A DNA stretch of 64,000 nucleotides from Saccostrea echinata (Eukaryota): contig NW_026889830.1 in the NCBI RefSeq assembly GCF_033153115.1, positions 2,294,001-2,358,000 of the forward strand, in the 5' to 3' direction. Made by a program: the position numbers and the translations under genes. Positions 40,713-49,700 of the stretch are shown one piece after another; position 1 is the first letter of the stretch, and each line of letters opens with the position of its first letter. The notes beneath the pieces were generated by a model. That model was given only the letters and a program-made list of their open reading frames with translations, made no database searches and was not told the origin of the DNA.

Positions 40713-43700
40713 TGTTGTCTGTTGTCATCGTTGTTGTTGCGGTCAAAACTTTTTACAATTTCATCTTCTTCTCCAGAACCACTAAGCCAATTTTGACCAA
40801 ACTTGGCACAGCCTAGCCTTGGGTTATAGGGATTCAAATTTGTTAAAATAAAGGGCCATACCTTTTTCCAAGGGGAGAAAATTAAGAAAAAGTAAAAATT
40901 GGATGGGGTCATTAAAAAATTTTCTTCTCAAGAACCACTGGGCCAGAAAAGATGAAATTTATGTGAAAGCTTTCTGAATAGTGAAAATTCAAGTTTGTTC
41001 AAATCATGACCCCCAGGGTAGGGTGGGGCCACTATGGGCAATCAAAGTTTTACATGGGTATATAGGAAAAATCTTCTCAAGAACAGCAAAGTCATGATCA
41101 GTCATGTTTATAATGGAAACATCCATAGGTAGTGTAGATTCAAATTTGTTCAAATCATGAGCTGAGGGGTTGGGTGGGGCCACTATGGGCAATCGAAGTT
41201 TTACCTGGGTATACTTTAAAAATATTCTTCTCAAGAATAGAAAAGCCATGATCAGTCATATTGATATGGAAGTATCTTCAGATAGACTTAGTGTAGATTA
41301 AAATTTGTGCAAGTCATGACCCCAGAGGGTAGTGGGGCAACTATGGTGAGCAAACTTTTACTTGGATATAAATAGGAAGAATCTTTAAAATATTCTTCTC
41401 AAGAATAAGGAAGTCATGATTAATCATTTTAATATGGAAATATACTCAGATAGTTTAGATTTAAATTAGTACAAATCATGACCTCCTGGTGGTTGGATGG
41501 GGCTACAATGAGGTCAAAGTTTTCCATAAGAATGCATAGGGGAAATATTTAAAAAATCTGATGAAGAACAGCAAAGCTGTGATCAGTCATATTTATGTCT
41601 TAGCATCCATAATTAGTGTAGATTCAAGTTTGTTCAAATCATGACCCCCAGGGTTAGGGTGGGGCCACAATGGACGATCAAAGTTTTACATAAATCTGAA
41701 TTATAAATAGGAAAAATCTGTAAAAATCTTCTTCTCAGCCAGTCATATTTATATGGAAGCATCCATAGGTAGTGTATATTCAAGTTTGTTCAAATCATGA
41801 CTGCAGGGGTAGTGTGGGGCCGCAGTAGGAGATCAAAGTTTTACATAGGAATATATAAAAAAAATCTTTTTTCCAGGAACAGCAAAAAAATGTTTAGTCA
41901 TATTTATTAGGAAGCATCCTCAGATAGTGTAGATTCAAGTTTGCTCAAATCATGATCCACAAGGATAGGGTGGGGCTTTAAAGATTGATCAATTTTAATG
42001 GGAATATATAGGGGAAAAAATCTGTTGATGAAGAACAAGAAGTCATAGTTACTCAGGTGAGCATTGTGGCCCATGGACCTCTTGTTGAGAAAAGGACTAT
42101 ATTGAACCTGAAAGTCTGTTAAATTGTGGACATTTTTTGCTTATTAGTGTAGGCCCATATACAATGGTAGTGGTTCTATAAAGTTTTCCTATTTTGCCGA
42201 TAATGGAAGACTATCTAGAATATCCCTCTATTAAAGTGATTTTATGTTGTATTTTATGGCTTGGTATTGTAAAGTTGAATCTTTGTGAGAGTTTTATGCC
42301 ATTTTTATGTTATATTACATCAGGTAGTCATTATATTCTTCATTTTCAGGTCTTTACTTCCTTAGTAACTTATTGTTAATGGCTTAACTGTTGGTCATAT
42401 ACCAAGTATTTCATTTTTGTAGTCTCTTGCATGACTACCTGTACAGCAGTTTATTGTGGTATATCCACAGCAGAAAAACTATGGCCCTGGCTCCAGTTTT
42501 ACTTTTATACACTGATCTGTCATTATAGCTGAAAATCTATGTCGCACTATTGTGCACATGAAATACAGCAGTATATATTATACTAGAAGGGACTTTAATT
42601 ATTTAAGTCATTTAATTACTGCATTAAATAACTGTTTTATCAATGTTATTTCCACTGTGTCCCTTCATGGAAAACGTGCCAATACTTGAGCATGACCAAT
42701 ATTTTATCATTTTTGACTGGGCTCTAAATGACAGCCAAAGATATACACTACCCAAAGAATGTGTCATGTTGGCCTATCAGACTTTGAGTTCTCTGTGAAG
42801 AATAGCCAATGATTGATGGGTACTAACTCTTGTACTTTTCCTATTGTAGGACAATGAACAAGCTCCTTCTGCAGAGGGAGGACAAGAGGAGGCCAAGGAA
42901 CACATTCAAAGGTAAGAGAGACAGATTTACACTGTAATTGAGGACCCTCTGTCCATGCTTGTTTGTCAAACCAGCAATCAAACTGATGAAGTGGTACCAA
43001 GGAGGCTCTGTCATCTCCACAGTGACATATTGCTGTAATATTCCAAAAGTACACAGTCGTATCAAGTTAACACTCTTTGCAGAGTGATAAAGCACCATAA
43101 TACTTAAGGGTTTCAAGGTATTTATGTCCTCTCCACCTTGATATTTTTCGGAATCCTTATTGTTTATCGGTTCTTTTGCCTAAAGTGTCAAATTAATAAA
43201 TGTTTAACTGTGAGGATCATTAAGAAGTGATTTGTACTGAAATCTTCCAGGCTGTAAGGTAGTACAGAATATCCCTGTGAGATAACAGGTGTTAAAGAGG
43301 TTCAGAAAGGGCAAATTTAGACATTAAAACTGTGAACAGACTAACTTTGCACTCTGGTGTGCATGAGTTAAATTTATCTGTTCTTTAGGTTCAATTTAGA
43401 GATTTTGTCAATGCACTCAAGAATAAAGACCTGGGATTCATATTCAAACCCAGAAATATTCTACACCTAATGCTAATACCCCTGCCCATGTTGATATATG
43501 GATACCAAGTTTATTAATGATAAGCAGTTATGAGCAGAAATTCAGTAATAAAATAATGGTGATAAAACTATACAGTATTTATGTTCATGTTGAAACATGG
43601 CACATTCAATGTATCTTAAATTCTATATATGCTTGCTAAAAAATAAAGAGTTTGCCACCATCACATAATGGAGGTTTTCATTTTATGTGGCTAGTTTTTT

Positions 43701-46700
43701 AACTTTTTGATCAATCATGCATACTGCTTCTTTTTTTTTTTTTTTAATATATTTTTCCATTAACAAAATATAATTGCTTCTTGTCCATTCACATCACATG
43801 GAATTAATTCTGTTAAGTTTTACTCTACACTGCAACTATAATTTTTTCCTCTCAAAAAACAATAATTCCATTCCACTATATTTCTTTGTCAAGTACATGT
43901 AATAAAAGTACTGGATTGTATCTTTACTGCTTTATAAGTTTTTGATTCATTTTTCTATGTCTGCAATCACATCATCCATTGCAGGGGTGTAGATTCACTT
44001 AATAAAAATACATTGTAGTTACATTGTTTAAAGGACACTCTATTAAATATTTTTTTTATGTACACATACCTTTATTTGACATTAATGCACATTTTATGAA
44101 TGTTAAAGCATCCATGGCATATTCTTTGAGTGACTTATTCTAATTTAGTGGAAAAGAAGTGGATACCAGTGCAGAGGAACAGGTGTCCAAAACTGAAGTA
44201 AAATCAGAGGAATCTTCTGGACACCCCCATCCCAGAGACCCAGATATCCCACCAGAGGGAGCAGTGAAAAGAAAAACCTCAGAGGAAGCCCTGACTGTCA
44301 CAGGCTTGACCCTGAAGATGCAGAATTCTGGGGATGACCTAGAGACAGCCAAAACCAGTGGCGAGACATCAAGTCGTAATGAGGTCAAAGGATCAGGAGG
44401 TCAAGGGTCAAATACCAGCCGACAGACCACACCTAGGAGTGGACAGAGACCTTCTTCAGGGTTTGTTATAGGCAAAAGTAATTGATGCTATGAATTCATG
44501 TTGCTACAGTGCATGACATAGACAAAATGTTAAGGTATTAAGAAGAATCACTGCAGTGCTTAATTTTATTATATATATCTGAAAAGAAATAATTTAAAGT
44601 GTATCATTTTTCAACAAAAGTGAAGAATCATGCAACAAGTCCAGCAGTTTTCAGTGCTACCAGGTTATGAACAGTTCCTAGGAAATTAATTTCTCTGTGT
44701 GTATTACAGAAAGAAGAATGTGAACACCCGACCATACAGTGCGGTGGATGCTTACAGGTATATTGTAGCTCACCCCAAGAAACCAAGTGTGGAGACTGGC
44801 TACAACACATCATACCAAAGACAGAGAACAGAGGCCTGGAAACAGACAACGGGAAAACAATCAACAAGTAATGCCATTAAAACATTTCTTATTATTGCAA
44901 TATTGCTAAGGCAGTAATGTGCACTTGTACAAATGTGATATGCTTGGGTTTTAGTCATTTTATCAGTTTTGTTTTTAAATCAATGTTAGAGAACTCTTTT
45001 TTACCATGTTTCATGAATTGAAATGTACAGGTATTAAACATACATTGATAAGCCTCAGAACAATTATGCCTACTCATGTATATTGAGATTGCTTATTTTG
45101 AAACAAAATTAAAGAGGCTGGGGGGTTGTGGCCATTTTTAGACTATATTGATCTCCTTTAGAAGAAGAGCTCCATATGAAGTTATAGAAAATGATCAAAT
45201 TTTAAAACTAAATTTTTGAAATTTTTCTTTGCCAAATGATAGTTGACAGCTTAAGATATCATATATAAAAAATTAAGTTAAATCTGGTGGTTAATTTGTG
45301 GTTAATTTGTTGACCCCCCAGCCTCCTTAAATCCCTGTAAAAAAAAAAATATTGGTTTAATTGAAATTGCTTATATTGAATTATTTCTTATTTTGAAGTA
45401 AATTATCAGTCTGCTGAGTTGATAATAAGTTGCTTTTATAATGGTTATATTTAAGTTCTCGTGGCCAGTTGTCATCACTGATGGTGACATTGGATGACGC
45501 TAAAGTGTCAGTAGATATATTTTCACGTAGTATTTTTTTCATTGTGTGTTTTATAATAAAGGGGTATTTCATTCTCTCTGATCACATATTGACAGTGATT
45601 TTAATGCTTCTGTAAACGAGTAAATCACAAAAAAAGCATAATTGTCTTTAGATAATTAAAATAAATTAATGTCTGCCTAAGGTAAAACTGTGAAATCTAA
45701 ATCCAAATTAGCAAAAGATAAAAACAAGCACACTAGCATTAATATTCGAACAGCGTACCACTATTTTTGAAGCCTTCGAGTCTGGCACCTTTTCCCTTAA
45801 ACGAAAAAGATCAGGAATAAATACCAATGTTGAAAAATATTGGACTTTTTCAAATAAATTGTTAAGAGGGCTGGGTGGTCGTGGCTGTTTTTAGACTATA
45901 TTGATCTCCTTTAGAAGAAGAGCTCCATATAAAGATATACAAAAATGATCAAATTTTAAAACTAAAATGTATGAATTTTTTCTTTGCCAAATGATAGTTG
46001 ACAGCTTAAGATATCATATCTAAAAAAATAAGTTATATCTGATGTTTAATTTTTTGACCCCCCAGCCTCCTTAAAGAACACACTACCTGTATTGCATTTC
46101 ACAATTTATGTGTCATATATTTTGAAATGATGAACTGTGTAATTGATTCAGGTATGTGATCGTGTTTAAGAATGGGATCAGGATTTGAAAATGTCTTCAT
46201 ATGGCCAATTTGTTAATTTTGAACTTTGGTTAATACTTATATTGAAAAAAAAAAGTGTTGGTCCCTTGAATTTCGGTATATCAGGAGTAGACTGTATGCT
46301 GCATTGTTCCCCTGTAGATTTACATTTCAATGACCTGTTTGAAGAACTAATACACCCTCTATAGATTAACTTTATGAAGAGGGTGTCTTAATAAAACAAA
46401 TGTCAATCTAAATCATGTTAAAGGGAAGAGATGTATTTTGTATTTTACACAGTGGAGGACGTTATTAAAGTTTCTGTGGTACCTGTTGTTTCTAAAACAG
46501 AAGGTAAGCTCACTCCTGTGGGCGTGGCTCTCCTCCTTCTTGGAGGTCAACTTTAACTTTGCAGATTTTCTCTTAATACACAAGAGTCAGTTGCTTATTT
46601 CTCTTATTTAATGAATTTACCAATATATATGTTTATATTTATATTTGCACAGCTTGTGTATTCAGTTTTAAGAAGTTTTTAAGAAACTGATTTTCATTTC

Positions 46701-49700
46701 ACATATACTTGTCACTAGTATTCACATAATTATAAACAACATAATATTAAAATCACTGCTTGCCTAAAATAATTCATTATACAAAATTACGCTTCAATTT
46801 TTTTCTTTATTTTAATTAAGTTTGTGTGCATTTTTGTGACACCTGTTCTTTTTAAGACATCAGCACAGAACTTAGCAATCCTATGGATATGATGATGATG
46901 CAGAGAAAAGGTGACCATAATGTCTCCATGATACAGTTTTCTCTCAGTCTTTTTTTTTAATTTTTCACTGTTTTGACCAGACTTTTATCGCTTCACTTTA
47001 ATACCATATTAAAGGTCATTCTCAGTCCATTCATATTTATAACAAATTATCCAAGAAATTAAATGTGTATAAGTGCTCTTTCTTTTCCAGTTCTTATGTG
47101 TGAGGTTTTCTTTATTTACCAATCTGATCTTTAAAGGCTTTTCTTTGTCAGTTTAGTTTTTTCTACAATATACAATACTGTGAACGAGGATATTTACGCA
47201 TGTTGTTAGCTACACAAATTAGAAGCAATCATGGGTTTATTTCCATGATACCAGGATTATGTATTGTTGAAATTGAATAAAAATATGTTTAAATGTATTG
47301 GTATGTGGGGAAAAATTTATCTTATGGCATATCTAGCTTAAATTATCCCCATACGTTAATTTCCACGTTTACAGTACATCTTTCAATTTTTATGTACATT
47401 GTGACATTATAGTATGTTGCTCACTGTTGAGTTGCTTGGCATTTTAATAAACAAAGCAAATGAAGGCCAGAAACATGGTCAAAATATTTCAATGTCATTT
47501 TTTTCCTTGTATCTGTTTTATTTGACAATGTACAATAGGATACAACTGAGTCTTTTGTTATTAACTTGAACTTTGAGTTTGGAATTGTGATGACAGATTT
47601 TTTATTTCCCTTCCACAATTTTCTGAATTAATTCAAACAAAATCTTTTGATTTTGCAGGAAGGAGAAAGTCTCCCCCACCCCAGAGACCATCCTCTCCTG
47701 CTGCCATTATTAGAATCCAGTCATCCAATCAGGATGGACCTACTAAAAGACCATCCAGTGCACTTCATGTCAAGGTGGGTTCTGATTGGCTGGCTGGAGG
47801 TCGTGACCTCTTCTGGGAAAATGTTCAAAGGAGGCCAAGATCAGGTCATGTCCCAGGGTGGAAAGAAGGACTTCCTGAAAGCATGAAAAGACCACGATCA
47901 GCTGTTGCTAACAGAACTCTGAGGTAAATAAAAAGCACTACACTTATTCATTTATGAATGTTTTGTTTAATCAAAATTTGTCTTTGAAAAATGAAATGTT
48001 CATAATTTGTTTACTTTCATTAATCAGTCATTCTACAATAAATGGACCAATTCAGGGTATAAAACATCAAAAAATAATTGAATTTGACTAATTTTTTGTT
48101 TCTGATGTTCAGTATAGAACGCTTAAGTATGATTCATGAAGTCTCGCGTGAATCTGAAATTAAGTTAAAATTTTGGGAAAAATATTGTTACAAAAGTTAA
48201 TTCCCAGCAATAAAAGTTAAAATTCTCGGCAATAGTTAAAATTAAAGTTTATTTTAGGATATTAAACAAAAGTATGAAGCATTTTGCTCCCAAAATATTA
48301 AAAATCTTTATACCTTTAATGCAAAAACTTTCCTGAATTACCATTACGGAAGTTAAATTTTTAAGAGAGACAACTGTTTTTGTCTAATTCAATTTGTTAT
48401 GTTGAAAATGCAATTGTCTAAAACAGCTGAGTAGTTTCCATGGTCACTTTCAGATAAGTTTAAGTTTTTTTTTAAATCGGCATCCTGTATGTGCAATTTA
48501 AAACAAAATCGTTACGGAATTTAATCAATTTTTAGCGACAAGCTATAATTTTGCATGAAAGAAGATCCATGCATTTCTTTGCAAGAAGTGGTTTGATTTC
48601 TTTTTATATTGGATAAAAAACTTTTTTTTTAAAAAATTCACTTCAATCTATTCGGAACACTTTTACGGCTGAAAATTTCATTTTGAAATTTGTAAATAAA
48701 TGAAGCAACATTAAGAATTGCAGTGGAATACGGTTTTTTCAACATTACATTATGTTCATATCAAAACTGTAACTGCATATATATCAGTATAATTACAAAA
48801 CCGAGTGTGTATGTTAAGTATTTGAGTTGAAATTGATCTTTAAATTTATAGTTTAGATATTAAAACGGTAAATTTGTAAGCAAATAAAAATTTCTTAATT
48901 GGTCATGTTTTTGTAGAATGACTGTAATATGTTCAATATCTTTGTTTAATACATGTTTATTGTCTGTTTAATACTTGTTTTTTTTGTTTAATATGTTTGT
49001 TTAATATATTTATTTAATCAGAATAGATTGGGAAACAGAATTTGATGAGCAATCCTCAAAAGTTAATGCTTGTTCAAAATTATACAGGCTTGCACTTCAT
49101 ATTTGGAAACTACTACAACGTGCCATTTCTAAACATAAAATATTCTGTTCATTCTTTGTCTGATTTTTTGTAGGAGATCCAGAACCTCCACCCCAGTCAC
49201 TCCATCCTCCCTGTTGTATGAAAGCATGCTTCACGGTTGGTATTAAATTCTATGGAATCAATTTCAGTCATTTTTCAGATTTCACTAATTATATTAAAAT
49301 GTTTACATGGACGTATTTACTAGCAACCCTTGAAGATTACAGAGTTGTGCCAATTCCTTTCCGTGCGGGTATATATAGAACTATTATGTAGTATTTTTTG
49401 CACAGAAATGTTTTTCCCAAATCACAGCTTTGTCTGGTGTGTTGCACAAAATGTGCATGAACAAGCAGGGGAATAGAATTGATTTTCATCAAAGAATATT
49501 TTTATGGCTGGGTAATGATAAAAGTCCCAGTAAAATTGCTGCTAAATGTCTTAATTTTTAATGTAAAATTTTTTAAATGGAATATCTTTGGCAGATTTGT
49601 CTAACCTTGAAATTTATTTATCTGTCAGAGTACCGGTATATGGCTTAAAATAAATCTTATAACTTTTTCATCAGAACAATTAAGTGTAAATATGCTATTT

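Noticed and set aside
40661-42085. CRISPR-like repeat-spacer array
   Set aside because: Whole ~160-bp units are homologous (satellite), the context is eukaryotic, and there are no cas genes.
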